In this document: positions 37,160 through 48,209 of the stretch, in pieces
Layout of the letters: each line of letters begins with the position of its first letter
Numbering within the stretch: position 1 is the first letter of the stretch
Source of the DNA: a virus
Direction: 5' to 3' (one strand)
Length of the DNA stretch: 64,000 nt
IMG/VR virus record: IMGVR_UViG_3300031722_000008
Coordinates: 96,541-160,540 of that record
Notes under the pieces: model-generated
Told to the model about the DNA's origin: nothing
What the model saw: the letters and a program-made list of their open reading frames with translations, nothing else
Databases searched by the model: none
Program-made: the position numbers and the translations under genes

Positions 37160-39286
37160 TTAGCTTTTTGGGATAAACTTCAATTCTATTGTATCATTCA
37201 TTACAATCATATCACAATAATCCTCACCATCAAAGATTGAATCACGATCTATATTTTTATTAGTGTAACACCTATCCAATACCATTAGTCCTAGTGATAA
37301 CTTAGCTGTATCCCTTGTATCAATCTTATCACAATAATTAGAATTATCAAAGTCAGTATTGTTATCAAAATAAAGATCCTTTAGGATCTGATTAGTATTT
37401 AGGATATCTCCTATTTCTATGCTGATGCTTGATTTGATTTCTTCTTGTGGATTTATATTGTCTAATATTATTGCTACAGATGTCATATTAAGTCCGTTAT
37501 CAGTTAAGCTTATTTGGTCAGCTAAATCCTCGCCATCGAAGCTCATATTATTATCTGTAACTTTATTGCTCTCATATACATCCGCTATTTTTAAATCCAA
37601 TATCAAATCTAAAGTATCTTTTGGGTCAATACTATCGCAATTACAATCTCCATCGCACTCTGCATTTTCATCAAAATAATATTCGGGAGATTTATTATTA
37701 ATATTGAAAATATCTTGAACTGCCAAATCTAAATCTGACTTTATCCAATTTTGCGATGTTAAATTATCTTTTAATTTTGATATTGTTTCTATCGATATTT
37801 CTGTATCCGTAAAACTTGCTGCATCGCAATAATTTTCTCCATCAACATAAAATTCATTATCCAAGTTTGCGTTGCTAATATTTTTTTCTGTTATCTCTAA
37901 TACTACATCTTTCTTAGTCTCATCAAAGCCAATTACAAAATCAAGATGAGTATCATCAATAGTTTCATCATAGTATCTATCTTCGTCAGTATAGATACCC
38001 CTACTATAGTAATAATCACATACGTCAGTAATATTCAGACCTAATGTAAATTTCTCAAATGATTCTTTATATTCTAATATTTCTCTTAGTACTTTTACTG
38101 ATGTCATTATTACCTCAGAATCATTCATAACCATCTTGTCGCATTCAGCGCTATCACTGTCTGCGTAAAGTTCACCATCTAACCATGTAGGACATTTACC
38201 ATCTTTTCTATATACTTCCCATCCATCGTAAAGAGTTAATCCTTGTAATAATTGTTGACTATCCGAATAGTTAAGTTTATCATTACCATCTATTTTCATT
38301 AATGTAGTTAGATTAACAACATCTTCCATATATTTTAAATTCAAAATATCGCTAATTATAAGCTTAGGAGAGAATATGAAATTAGTGTGAGCTGGTTTTA
38401 TCTCTGAGAAAAATTTTCTGATGTATTGTAATTTTTCTGATTTATACAAAAACGAAACTGGCATGGATATCACAAAATCATTAGAAGTGTAATCCTTTAT
38501 TGTTTGGTTATAGCTCCAAAATTTCTTATCTATTGTGGCATTGTATTTATCTATAATTTTTATATCTTCTAATGATTTATACTTACCTAATGAAGTTTCC
38601 AGTTTACTTATAGTTGGACCACCTGCCGCAGCTTCAATAAAACCTTTCATCGTTTCATTATAATCAGGTTTAGTGAAATCTTCACAGAATGGTATATCTA
38701 ATGGCAATCCAAGTTTATTTTCCGAAACATTAGCATCTACAACTATATTTTTTAAAATTAAGAATTTTCTTTGATAAGCATCATCTAAAGAAAATTCTTT
38801 AAGTAGAATTATTTTATTATCTCTAAAAACATAATCCACATCTAGAACAAAAGGATTGTTAGTCATATCACATAATTCAAAATCTATTATGTCATAATTC
38901 ATTACCTCTGTTTTATTATTATCAGGTAATTTAATTACACTTGTGAGTATTATGGAATACCCTGCTATATCTAATAGATTAGCTTTTTCTGTTTTTGACA
39001 TATTATCCCACATTTCTCTCTTCGCATCAAAAGAGAGATGTGGACTGATACCTATAGATGTTAGTAGTGTCGTGTTATTAAGTAATGAATTTATTGTATA
39101 CATTACACTTGTTACATCTATTCTTTGAAAACGTATTGTTTTATAAGTTAATATTTTCGAAACGATACTATTTCTATCAACTTCCCTGACTTGAGCATTA
39201 AGTATATCAAAGATACCTTTATAGGCTTTTTCTAAAATAGAAACCTGATCTTTGTTATACAGAAAGTCTTTGTAGAAATCATTCAT
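37160..39286 (-). CDS. baseplate wedge protein with Asp-rich repeated C-terminus
   Basis: GGPTISKL...EIKPAHT motif typical of gpI/gp7-like wedge proteins; follows the baseplate J-like gene. Confidence 0.65.
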   Translation of the reverse strand: MNDFYKDFLYNKDQVSILEKAYKGIFDILNAQVREVDRNSIVSKILTYKTIRFQRIDVTSVMYTINSLLNNTTLLTSIGISPHLSFDAKREMWDNMSKTEKANLLDIAGYSIILTSVIKLPDNNKTEVMNYDIIDFELCDMTNNPFVLDVDYVFRDNKIILLKEFSLDDAYQRKFLILKNIVVDANVSENKLGLPLDIPFCEDFTKPDYNETMKGFIEAAAGGPTISKLETSLGKYKSLEDIKIIDKYNATIDKKFWSYNQTIKDYTSNDFVISMPVSFLYKSEKLQYIRKFFSEIKPAHTNFIFSPKLIISDILNLKYMEDVVNLTTLMKIDGNDKLNYSDSQQLLQGLTLYDGWEVYRKDGKCPTWLDGELYADSDSAECDKMVMNDSEVIMTSVKVLREILEYKESFEKFTLGLNITDVCDYYYSRGIYTDEDRYYDETIDDTHLDFVIGFDETKKDVVLEITEKNISNANLDNEFYVDGENYCDAASFTDTEISIETISKLKDNLTSQNWIKSDLDLAVQDIFNINNKSPEYYFDENAECDGDCNCDSIDPKDTLDLILDLKIADVYESNKVTDNNMSFDGEDLADQISLTDNGLNMTSVAIILDNINPQEEIKSSISIEIGDILNTNQILKDLYFDNNTDFDNSNYCDKIDTRDTAKLSLGLMVLDRCYTNKNIDRDSIFDGEDYCDMIVMNDTIELKFIPKS

Positions 39287-39301
39287 TTAACGCTCACCAC
39301 C

Positions 39302-41125
39302 TTAAGAATTAATTATAGATATCGAAAATCTATTTGCGTTCAATATTGGGTATTCTATTTTCTCAATAGGTAATACACCATCAATTGCTTTTTGACTTCC
39401 ATCTGTAGGTATCTCTTCTTTAATATCGCTTGGCATATAAAATACTTCAAAAGGTAATGGAATGTAATTTATCATATCTTTAACCGATACATCTGTATAT
39501 AGCCAACCAACTAAATCAGATTCTTCTACGGTATCACCCATTTTGTAATTACTGAAATATGAAATTATAGAAGCTTTTATTCTAGTTTCAAGAACCTTCC
39601 TATCCATACTCTTATATACTGCTGTAGGCTTAACTCTAAATTGAATACTTACTGGAACTGGTATAGCTTCCTTACCTATTACATCAGTAGTTATAATTCT
39701 GTTATTGACTAAATTTAATGAATCTCTTAAACGCCTTAATGTCCTGTTCGATGTATATCCAATTAATATTGGCATTCCATTGAAAAATTCCGAGCATTCC
39801 TCACTCTTTATTACTAGGGTACACTCTTCATTTGTAGTACCTGAAATGCCCACTTTGTTTATACTTATTCTTCTATCCATTTCAGTTATAGTAGTTCCCT
39901 TTACATCAATTAAAGAATCTACTGATACTACTGGACTAGCTAGATTTGTTTCGGTTAAGCCAATATCGAAATATCTTTCGCTGTCAGTTTGAACTCCACT
40001 TATTTTGTACGAATATGCTATTTTCATTTGACTTAATATTCCGTTGGAATAAGAACATTCTCCGGTATTATCAATAACTAATCTTGTCTTTCCGGTGCTT
40101 TCTCCAAAAAACTGACTATCTGTTACTGCTGTCACTTCTTTTATTTTTACAGTTTTTGTTGAGTCAGTTAGATTGTATATTTTTATACTGTTTTCAGGAT
40201 TTACTACATCCATTAGGTCAGCAAATTTACAATCAAGAAGTAAAACATCATTATTCAATGTTGTTGATATTTGATTCGTATCATAAACACAACCCTTAAG
40301 ATATAAGTCTACCATTCCACCTACATGTCTAGGTACAATTTCTCCACTATCGCTGAGAACTTTTAAAATATCTCTGGTCATATATTTGTCCTTATATCCA
40401 GAAACATAAACATCTTCAATTTCATTGAATAATTCAAGTATGAAATTTTTATATCCAGGGGCTGTACCTAACTGTCTTGATAAATAGAATTCCCTAATTC
40501 TATTAGCATAATCAACATTAGTTTCTTGATCCAAGCCATCAATGACATCAAACTTATTTACGCAAGAAACCATCGAGTTTGATATAAATGTTTTTGTGAA
40601 AATTATTTCTCCCGCGGTGATGTTATATTTTGTCCCAATTTCTATCGCTGTAATAGGAATGTCTATTTCATATGCAAGATTATTCTTGTTGTAATTTCTT
40701 TGCATATCTGCGGCATACAGAAGTATCGTTGATTTAGTTTGATATTGCAATCCTGAATTTGTAGTAAATGTTGCTCCTGTAGGAATTTTTATAACGAAGT
40801 CAGGATCGTCTAAATTTAAATTAGTGAATTTAAGAGTCAAAGCTGTCGTTGCTGCATAGCCCTTTTTTCTGATTGTAAAATAATTACCTTCACCTATTTC
40901 GTCTAGCTCTGATTCTGTTAAATATTGAGCATTTGATAAGTTAGATTTTAACTCCAATCTATTTAACGATTCAACGAATGGAGTGATTAATTTGATGATT
41001 GGTTTTATGAATAAATCATCAAAAGGAGAATTATCGCTTGTATCTATGTCAGGGTAATATTGTTTAATTGTATCAATTATATATCCCCTAACTATGCTTT
41101 CTAAGTCTAGAACATTTGTAACCAT
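39302..41125 (-). CDS. baseplate J-like wedge protein
   Basis: IPTGATFTT, AIEIGTKYNI, GLDQETNVDYANRI, GGMVDLY. Confidence 0.85.
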   Translation of the reverse strand: MVTNVLDLESIVRGYIIDTIKQYYPDIDTSDNSPFDDLFIKPIIKLITPFVESLNRLELKSNLSNAQYLTESELDEIGEGNYFTIRKKGYAATTALTLKFTNLNLDDPDFVIKIPTGATFTTNSGLQYQTKSTILLYAADMQRNYNKNNLAYEIDIPITAIEIGTKYNITAGEIIFTKTFISNSMVSCVNKFDVIDGLDQETNVDYANRIREFYLSRQLGTAPGYKNFILELFNEIEDVYVSGYKDKYMTRDILKVLSDSGEIVPRHVGGMVDLYLKGCVYDTNQISTTLNNDVLLLDCKFADLMDVVNPENSIKIYNLTDSTKTVKIKEVTAVTDSQFFGESTGKTRLVIDNTGECSYSNGILSQMKIAYSYKISGVQTDSERYFDIGLTETNLASPVVSVDSLIDVKGTTITEMDRRISINKVGISGTTNEECTLVIKSEECSEFFNGMPILIGYTSNRTLRRLRDSLNLVNNRIITTDVIGKEAIPVPVSIQFRVKPTAVYKSMDRKVLETRIKASIISYFSNYKMGDTVEESDLVGWLYTDVSVKDMINYIPLPFEVFYMPSDIKEEIPTDGSQKAIDGVLPIEKIEYPILNANRFSISIINS

Positions 41126-41144
41126 GATTACACCACCTTTTAAA

Positions 41145-41885
41145 TTAATTGTTTACCATGAACGAGAAGGCTACGGTCTTGCCTAATTTGTTTCGCACTT
41201 GAGTTGTTATATAACAAGTACACTCCTCTCTAACAAATATTATATCTTTTACCTCAACAGAATCCAAAGCCTCTTCCAGAGAAACGGCATTTCCTGCATT
41301 AATTTGTTCTAATTGAGATCTCATAATTTGATCTCCAACATCTTGTATTGATGATGAAATTGATAAAGATAATTCTATTTCATTATACACATTTTCAGCT
41401 AATATATCAGTTATGTTGCTTCCATAACCATCAGCTTGTTTCTCTGTAAAAAGAACTTTAATAAAATCTTGTGATAGTTTCGCAACACCACTAATTGTTT
41501 CAGCATCATTTGAATTAAATAAATCTACGTACCATCCATTATTACCACATCTCTCGCATATCTCACTCTTAGATTTTCTTGTTACTGTTTTTACATAAGC
41601 ACCCCTTATATAATAATTTTGTCCTACAGAAGGACAATTATTATTTTGGTCAATCCATTCTATTATATTGATTGATACCTTTTGTTTGTAATCAACATTT
41701 GGGGAATATTCCGTATTCTTTGATTCATTCAAAAGCTCATCTATTCTGATAAATTCAATATTAGTAGGAACCTTGTCAGGGAAACCTACAATCACATTTC
41801 TTGTCATTAAAATATCTCCATATTCTTTTGTTGTATCTACAATGATGTGGTCACAAGGATAAACTATTTTAGGCGCTAAACTCAT
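41145..41885 (-). CDS. gp25-like baseplate / sheath-initiator protein with Zn-binding motif
   Basis: CDH...CERCGNNG; KLSQDFIKVLFTE...YGSNI. Start placed at ATG 41885. Confidence 0.6.
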   Translation of the reverse strand: MSLAPKIVYPCDHIIVDTTKEYGDILMTRNVIVGFPDKVPTNIEFIRIDELLNESKNTEYSPNVDYKQKVSINIIEWIDQNNNCPSVGQNYYIRGAYVKTVTRKSKSEICERCGNNGWYVDLFNSNDAETISGVAKLSQDFIKVLFTEKQADGYGSNITDILAENVYNEIELSLSISSSIQDVGDQIMRSQLEQINAGNAVSLEEALDSVEVKDIIFVREECTCYITTQVRNKLGKTVAFSFMVNN

Positions 41886-42544
41886 TGCAATTCTCCTTTC
41901 CAATCAATACACTCTTTTGTCAATATACTGATAATTGACTCTCTTGTTTCTTCTAAGAGAGGAGGGTAGGCTTCTGCACTTATATAATTTTTATTTAAAT
42001 AATAAATACAAAAACTACATGCCTCTAAAAGATAGTCTGATTCTTTAATTTTCATTCTTATATTGTTACATAGTGATGCCAACTCTTCTGCTTTTGTCCT
42101 AGCAGAGATTACGAAATCCACCACTTTACTTGAAGATATAGGACTTATATCAACTGACTTTTTTATATCATACTTAATTATTGAAGAAATCCTAGATTGG
42201 ATATTCTCAAGTTGAGTACATAGATTTTGGTCATTAGAATAAGTAATCCTGGTTGATATGTTGCTAGTTAAATTTGTTAGTGCCGAAATTTTATCATTCT
42301 CTAAAGTTTTATTATTTGTATCTATTATTGCATCAATCAAGAAATCAATGTATTCAGAACATATAGTTCTAGTACTAAAATTTATTGCGTCTTGTATCTC
42401 TGAATTGACGTACGTTAGTTCAGAGAGTAATGAGGCCTCTATATCAAGAGCAGATTGTTTTATTTTAGCAATGCTATTTACATTTTCTGTAAATAGCATT
42501 GCTAACGAATATTCCACTATTGATTTTATATCTTCACTATTCAT
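41882..42544 (-). CDS. hypothetical helical protein
   Basis: 220 aa, coupled to both neighbours. Confidence 0.7.
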   Translation of the reverse strand: MNSEDIKSIVEYSLAMLFTENVNSIAKIKQSALDIEASLLSELTYVNSEIQDAINFSTRTICSEYIDFLIDAIIDTNNKTLENDKISALTNLTSNISTRITYSNDQNLCTQLENIQSRISSIIKYDIKKSVDISPISSSKVVDFVISARTKAEELASLCNNIRMKIKESDYLLEACSFCIYYLNKNYISAEAYPPLLEETRESIISILTKECIDWKGELQ

Positions 42545-43452
42545 TAAATCATCCCTTTATTTTCATAAAATTTCCTGAAATTCTCTAAAAGTTGATTTGC
42601 TCTGTAGAATGATAATCCATTTTCTATTGCTATCTTTGAAGACAATCCTTTTAATTTACTTCCTTTGAATTCACCAATTCCCAAATAAGCCATTAAGAAT
42701 CTTCTCTCATTCTTGTTAGTTGTAAAACTTCTTATATGCTCTATTGCCTGTCTTGATTTTACATCATTATTTAAGATATCATTTATATCTTCCGTTCCAT
42801 GCATAACATCTTCAAAAGTTAAACTCTCAGCCCCCGAAGCATTTTCTTTTCCTATAATAGCAGAGCCGCTTAATTCCTTTGTATCATAATGTCTAATTCT
42901 TTCAATTTCTTTTAAGGTTAAGCTTGGAGCATATCCCATATCTTTTTGAATGAAATCTAGCAACTCTTTATCTGTTGGCTTTCTTCCTAGTTTTGGATTT
43001 AGCATAGATTCAGCGTTAACTATATTATTCTTGTAACTATTAAGATTAGATGCCATCTGTATTGTATTTTGCGATGTTTCTTTCTTATAAAGTTTATCAA
43101 GTTCAAAGTTTATCTTATTAGTGAAATAAGTTATAGGTTTTATTCCACTCTTTAAATCAAAACTTCTAATACCATTCTTCAATGCACCTACAGCTAATTG
43201 ATATGTCATATCATAACCTACAACTTTCTTTGCTCTTGAAGCATTAACTAATCTTGATATTTGACCTCTGTACATTGATAGTAATTGCTCTTCTGCGAAG
43301 AAATCTTTGTATAGTTGGACCTGCTGTATTAATACCAATTCTTTTTTAGTTTGCATATCTGTTATATTATCGAAATTACTTTTTACTGTATTCTGCTCGT
43401 TAGAGAAACTGCTCATTCCTAATTTTTCTAGTAAATTCCCATATTCTTTCAT
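42544..43452 (-). CDS. sigma70-family (SigF/sigma28-like) RNA polymerase sigma factor
   Basis: Region 2-like GALKNGIRSFDLKSGIKPITYFTNKI; region 3 KLGRKPTDKEL; region 4-like ERRFLMAYLG...KIAIENGLS. Confidence 0.75.
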   Translation of the reverse strand: MKEYGNLLEKLGMSSFSNEQNTVKSNFDNITDMQTKKELVLIQQVQLYKDFFAEEQLLSMYRGQISRLVNASRAKKVVGYDMTYQLAVGALKNGIRSFDLKSGIKPITYFTNKINFELDKLYKKETSQNTIQMASNLNSYKNNIVNAESMLNPKLGRKPTDKELLDFIQKDMGYAPSLTLKEIERIRHYDTKELSGSAIIGKENASGAESLTFEDVMHGTEDINDILNNDVKSRQAIEHIRSFTTNKNERRFLMAYLGIGEFKGSKLKGLSSKIAIENGLSFYRANQLLENFRKFYENKGMI

Positions 43453-44409
43453 TTATTGAACCTCCTTCTCGACAATAAAATCCTTACACTTTATTTTAAT
43501 TGTACCATCTTTATTGAAATAAAATGAACCTTTTTCAATATTATCTTTTTTATACTTCACAGAGAAAGCAATGTTGCCTTGCAAATTATATTCAGTATCA
43601 CCTTTCTCTACTGTCAGAGATTCTGTTTCAATATCTGAATTATAATTAGTTACAATATTATTTTTCAGCTCCTTAAGTTTTTCTATTGAAGCTGAATCTC
43701 CTAACTCTATGTTATTATTAAAATTTTCAACCACCTCTATCAAAGAGCCTAGTTTATTTATCAAAGTTATACTGTCATTAATAACTTCTGTTTTTGTACT
43801 GCTATCTATTTCAGAATTATTTATAAATGCTGTTTTATCCTTTTGATAATTCTTTTTTGATGTATTGAAAAAAATTTCTTTTGAACTCCCCATATTAACA
43901 TTATTAAGATTTTCTTTATATGACCTAGAGAACCCATCCCCTTCAAGTAATTCATTTTTCGTTGATATCTTGACCTCCCCATCTCTCATTGAAAGCATTG
44001 AATTCAATGCTTTCAATGAGAGAGAATGATCCTTAGATAACTTAAGAAATACATTATCATTACCTATTCTAGCTTCTCCGGTAAGTAAAGTTTCATCTGT
44101 TAATGAGTCTGGGATTGTTGCAATCAGAATTGGCTTGTGCTGACTAGAAATTAGAACAACACCAATCTGTTTAATTGTTGGAAACATCTTAAATGACATA
44201 TCGCTACCTATTATATTTGTTCCAATAAGTACATCTTTCATTAGGGAACTTGTAGAGGGGATAGATATATTTACTGTCATTTTAGACTCATTAATAGATT
44301 CAACCTTGCATATTAGCGTTGCAGCATTAGTATCTTTTTTAAATCTATTGAAAGTTTGTATATTTTCATTTATTTGTCTTCTTGTTTCATTTATTTCAGA
44401 GTAATTCAT
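43453..44409 (-). CDS. baseplate central spike-like protein
   Basis: OB-like N-terminus CKVESINESKMTVNI...FP; LLTGEARI; beta-rich C-terminus; follows the hub gene. Confidence 0.55.
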   Translation of the reverse strand: MNYSEINETRRQINENIQTFNRFKKDTNAATLICKVESINESKMTVNISIPSTSSLMKDVLIGTNIIGSDMSFKMFPTIKQIGVVLISSQHKPILIATIPDSLTDETLLTGEARIGNDNVFLKLSKDHSLSLKALNSMLSMRDGEVKISTKNELLEGDGFSRSYKENLNNVNMGSSKEIFFNTSKKNYQKDKTAFINNSEIDSSTKTEVINDSITLINKLGSLIEVVENFNNNIELGDSASIEKLKELKNNIVTNYNSDIETESLTVEKGDTEYNLQGNIAFSVKYKKDNIEKGSFYFNKDGTIKIKCKDFIVEKEVQ

Positions 44410-44426
44410 ATCTTCACATCCTCTAT

Positions 44427-47393
44427 TTATAATTTTCCTGAATTACTAAAACCCGTATTTACTGCAAATGGAGCATCTGCATATCTACCAATAGACACTG
44501 AACTTATTAGATCATTAGCTCTCTTTACGGTAGTCGCAAGTCTAACAATTCTATCTGATACTGTTTTATTTTGTGAAGCGCCACTAGTACATAATGCGTA
44601 CTTCTGATTCAATTTTAACTGTACTTCTTCTATTGTCATATCAGAACCTAAGTCTGCGGTTGATGAAGAAGATGAATATTGAGATGTAATTGGAGGAGTA
44701 TCTGTTGGTGATGCAATTGCACTAGCTGGTTCGGAAGTTTTTGTGATGTAATTAGCGCTTGACCATGCATCAGCACCATTCCAAACAATATTATACCAAC
44801 CATCATTTTCTGCGATTATTTGTACGGTGTCTCCATCCCACAAAGAACCTATTTGTCCAAAATTAGTTCCTGGACCAGTTCTTACACAAAGACCAATACT
44901 ACTTACGTGAACCGTTCCTGCTCCATAACCACCACCAGAACCTGAACTAGCACTTGTTGACCCACCTCCTGTAGACGAAGTAAGTTTTGCCCAAGTCAAT
45001 GGTCCAATTTGTCCATCTACAGATAATGAATTGTCTGTTTGATATGACATGACAGCACTTTGAGTTTGAGGACCATACCAACCATCTATATTTCCAGGAC
45101 TATAACCTGCATTATTTAATAGGTTTTGAGCGCTTGTTACATCTTCACCTTGAAGCATAGGGCTCGTAACTTTCAATAACCTATCTAACGTTGGTGCATT
45201 AGATATAGATGAACCTCCACTAGAACTGGTAGTTGTTACTGGTTCTGAAATAGCTTGAGCATATGCAGTTCCAGCTGACTTATTTGAATAAAAATATTCA
45301 AAGTATGGATCATTAGAGAGAACTTCTTGCGTAGTTGTTTTTGTAGCTGAATAAAAACCCTTAACTTTAGTACTTACCTCAGCATAATTACAAGCTTCAC
45401 CAAAACTTGTTGGTGTAACAAGCAGTGTATTTACGAAAATATCATCTGATTTTCCAGGTTTTAATCCACCAACAGAATTAGCATTGTTTACAAAATCATC
45501 TTTTCTTCTTCCAAATGACATATTTAAAGAAGTATAGTTTCCTGAAGCATTGCCATAATGATTAACTGAATTAACATAGAATATCTTGTTTACTCTTACA
45601 GGATCAATCCAAACATTAAATCCTGGTCTTATCCATGGCATAGCCATAGTTTGTACACTAGCAACAGTAACACTAGAATTAAGATAGTTAATCATATATC
45701 TTGCATACTTTGCTAATGCCCAATAAGCACTACCATGATTAGATGAAGCCCAATATCCACCTCCAGCAACTACATTTGCAGTAGAGAATTTAATTAATGG
45801 TTGCGAACATTCATAAATTAATGGTCCAAACTTTTTTTCTAAATAGGTTGGTTGAAGTAATGTATCTTCACCAACACTATCAGGAGCAACTTCTACTTTT
45901 GATTGCATTATATTTGCAACACCATCAGACTCAACTAATCTTCTTATGTGCCAGAAACTAGATGGCATAGCTCTTGTTAATACGTTTGTTCCTGATTGTT
46001 GAGCTTCGACTATCTCTGTTTTACTTATAGCCATATATACATGATGGTCACTAGGTAATATTATATCCCCAGGAATAACATCTTCTAAATTTTGAACTTC
46101 CCTACCTTTATTGATTAGAGTGTATGTTGTTTGTCGTTCTCCTCCAAAGCCAACATATCCTGCTTGCCTATAAACATAATCTATAAGTCCAGAACAATCA
46201 TAAGAACTAGGACCTTCTGTTCCCCATATATATGGTTTTCCTACTTGTTGGAGAGCAATAGCTACTGCTCCTTGAGCTATATCTGACCCAGCACTTGCAC
46301 CCCCTGCTGCTGTTGATGCTGATATGGATACTAGACATCCTGTATTGGATTCAGTTCCACCTGACGTAACAGCGACAACTGGAGTGATTAGTGATATTGT
46401 TCTTTCACTTGCGTTCTCATCTGAATGCCATTCATCAAGAGCACCTGTAGCTATTGTTCTTGTGTACATTTGACTAAAATTAGAACTTTCAGTATATGAT
46501 AAAATTAATGCTGGATCTATAACATGATTTTTTAATACATGTTCATTCCAAAATGGAGGTTTAATTCTTATGGTTTCATCTCTGTCTTGATAAAATTCAA
46601 ACATTAGTGATTTCAAAATGTTATTTATCATAACATAAGTTGAATCTACTGAAGTTATAGATGATGTAATTACAAAATCTATAACTTCGATTTTTCTTAA
46701 ATTCTCATCTATATCTCCCATAACAACAACTCTACTAAGTGCATCATCCCATTTAGATACAGTATCATCACCATAATATAAACCATTACTTTTGAGTGTT
46801 TGGTTTGATATTTCTTGCCATGTTTGTGATAAAGTTTTTCCTTTAAATGTAACATCTGCTGATGTATGAACCTTGGATACTGAATCTAATTTTATTCCCT
46901 GAGCTTTCCATTTTAATCTATCTCCAGTAGATAGACTCCCATCAAAAGGAACGGCTATTGGACATACAGTTCTTGTAAGCCAATACATAAAGTCTTGTGC
47001 TTGAAATGATAATTTCTTTTGTCCTCCACTTATAGTTGTTGATTTTCCAGTAATGTTTCCTCCAAATATCTGAACATATTTTCCATTAAAAATATTTTTA
47101 ACAAAAATTCTTACATTGGTCATATTCTCAATACCATCATCTAATCCACCATTCATATAGGTAGCTCCGTCAATTACAGTGTAATTAGGTCCTTGTTCAT
47201 GAATTCTTTTATCAAAATCCGGAACATAAACCATATTGATTGTAGCTGATCCTATACCTACATCAACTCCCATATTTACAGAATAATCTGTTACAAATTG
47301 GTCAACTCTTACATTGTCAAAAAACACTAAATATCCACCATTACCAATAACGACTGGAATTTTTAGATTTTCTGCTGCTACTACATCTGCCAT
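44427..47393 (-). CDS. baseplate hub / tail lysin with NlpC/P60, peptidoglycan-binding and SH3b domains
   Basis: GKPYIWG...YDCSGL...HHV; LQGEDV...IDGWYGPQT...VDGQIGPLTW; LCVRTGPGTNF...GWYNI. Confidence 0.88.
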   Translation of the reverse strand: MADVVAAENLKIPVVIGNGGYLVFFDNVRVDQFVTDYSVNMGVDVGIGSATINMVYVPDFDKRIHEQGPNYTVIDGATYMNGGLDDGIENMTNVRIFVKNIFNGKYVQIFGGNITGKSTTISGGQKKLSFQAQDFMYWLTRTVCPIAVPFDGSLSTGDRLKWKAQGIKLDSVSKVHTSADVTFKGKTLSQTWQEISNQTLKSNGLYYGDDTVSKWDDALSRVVVMGDIDENLRKIEVIDFVITSSITSVDSTYVMINNILKSLMFEFYQDRDETIRIKPPFWNEHVLKNHVIDPALILSYTESSNFSQMYTRTIATGALDEWHSDENASERTISLITPVVAVTSGGTESNTGCLVSISASTAAGGASAGSDIAQGAVAIALQQVGKPYIWGTEGPSSYDCSGLIDYVYRQAGYVGFGGERQTTYTLINKGREVQNLEDVIPGDIILPSDHHVYMAISKTEIVEAQQSGTNVLTRAMPSSFWHIRRLVESDGVANIMQSKVEVAPDSVGEDTLLQPTYLEKKFGPLIYECSQPLIKFSTANVVAGGGYWASSNHGSAYWALAKYARYMINYLNSSVTVASVQTMAMPWIRPGFNVWIDPVRVNKIFYVNSVNHYGNASGNYTSLNMSFGRRKDDFVNNANSVGGLKPGKSDDIFVNTLLVTPTSFGEACNYAEVSTKVKGFYSATKTTTQEVLSNDPYFEYFYSNKSAGTAYAQAISEPVTTTSSSGGSSISNAPTLDRLLKVTSPMLQGEDVTSAQNLLNNAGYSPGNIDGWYGPQTQSAVMSYQTDNSLSVDGQIGPLTWAKLTSSTGGGSTSASSGSGGGYGAGTVHVSSIGLCVRTGPGTNFGQIGSLWDGDTVQIIAENDGWYNIVWNGADAWSSANYITKTSEPASAIASPTDTPPITSQYSSSSSTADLGSDMTIEEVQLKLNQKYALCTSGASQNKTVSDRIVRLATTVKRANDLISSVSIGRYADAPFAVNTGFSNSGKL

Positions 47394-47411
47394 TAATTTT
47401 CCTCCTCCCTT

Positions 47412-48209
47412 TTATTTAATTGATAATATATTGGAAAGTCTATAAGCTGCTTTTGCTGCTGACGATAATGAAGATGTTTGAGATAAAATCGAAGATACCG
47501 TAGTCATTATATTTCCTGTAGCTGCAGATGTTAATATATTAGCTACACCAGATGCTAATACTTGAATATCTTCTGCTGACTGAGGACTACTATCTATTGC
47601 TTTGTTTAATCCCATTTGGTCTTTCATTTCGCTCACGCTCATTGATGAAGAACTTATATTGTAAGCTGATGTTGTTTTATAAAACAAAAAGTTCATTGTA
47701 TATTGATACATAAATTGTTGATTGGATGATTTGGTTAAATTTATACTTTGAAGTACTCCATAGTAATAATTTCCCTCTATCAATATTATTTGCGAATAGT
47801 CGCTAACAAAATCCATATATTTATCTTGTTGATCTTCAATGAGATTTGCATACATTTCTAAAAATCTCATTCTCTCTGGAGCATATAAAGTATCAAGGAA
47901 GTATCCTCCAAGACTTAAACTTCCAAGTGCTGGGCCACCTCTACTAATAAACCACCCTGCCATTGTTTTATTGGTTTGTACATCATTCGATTTTTGCATT
48001 GTTAGCGTAGATGGTGACATAAGAAATCCCCAGCTTTGAGTCTCTTGAGTTATTCTGTTTTTAAATATAAGTCTACAGTTTTGATATCCAGGAAGTTTAA
48101 AATCATGTGTCTGCCAACTAGGAAAAGGTTTGCCTCCAAACATAGTTGGGCTTTCCACTACATTTTTATAATATGATGACTTACTTTTTTTCTTTCTAAT
48201 CGAGCTCAT
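47412..48209 (-). CDS. tail tube initiator-like baseplate protein
   Basis: MSPSTL...KTMAGW...SLSLGG...YYGVLQSINLT...YQYTMNF; position. Confidence 0.55.
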   Translation of the reverse strand: MSSIRKKKSKSSYYKNVVESPTMFGGKPFPSWQTHDFKLPGYQNCRLIFKNRITQETQSWGFLMSPSTLTMQKSNDVQTNKTMAGWFISRGGPALGSLSLGGYFLDTLYAPERMRFLEMYANLIEDQQDKYMDFVSDYSQIILIEGNYYYGVLQSINLTKSSNQQFMYQYTMNFLFYKTTSAYNISSSSMSVSEMKDQMGLNKAIDSSPQSAEDIQVLASGVANILTSAATGNIMTTVSSILSQTSSLSSAAKAAYRLSNILSIK

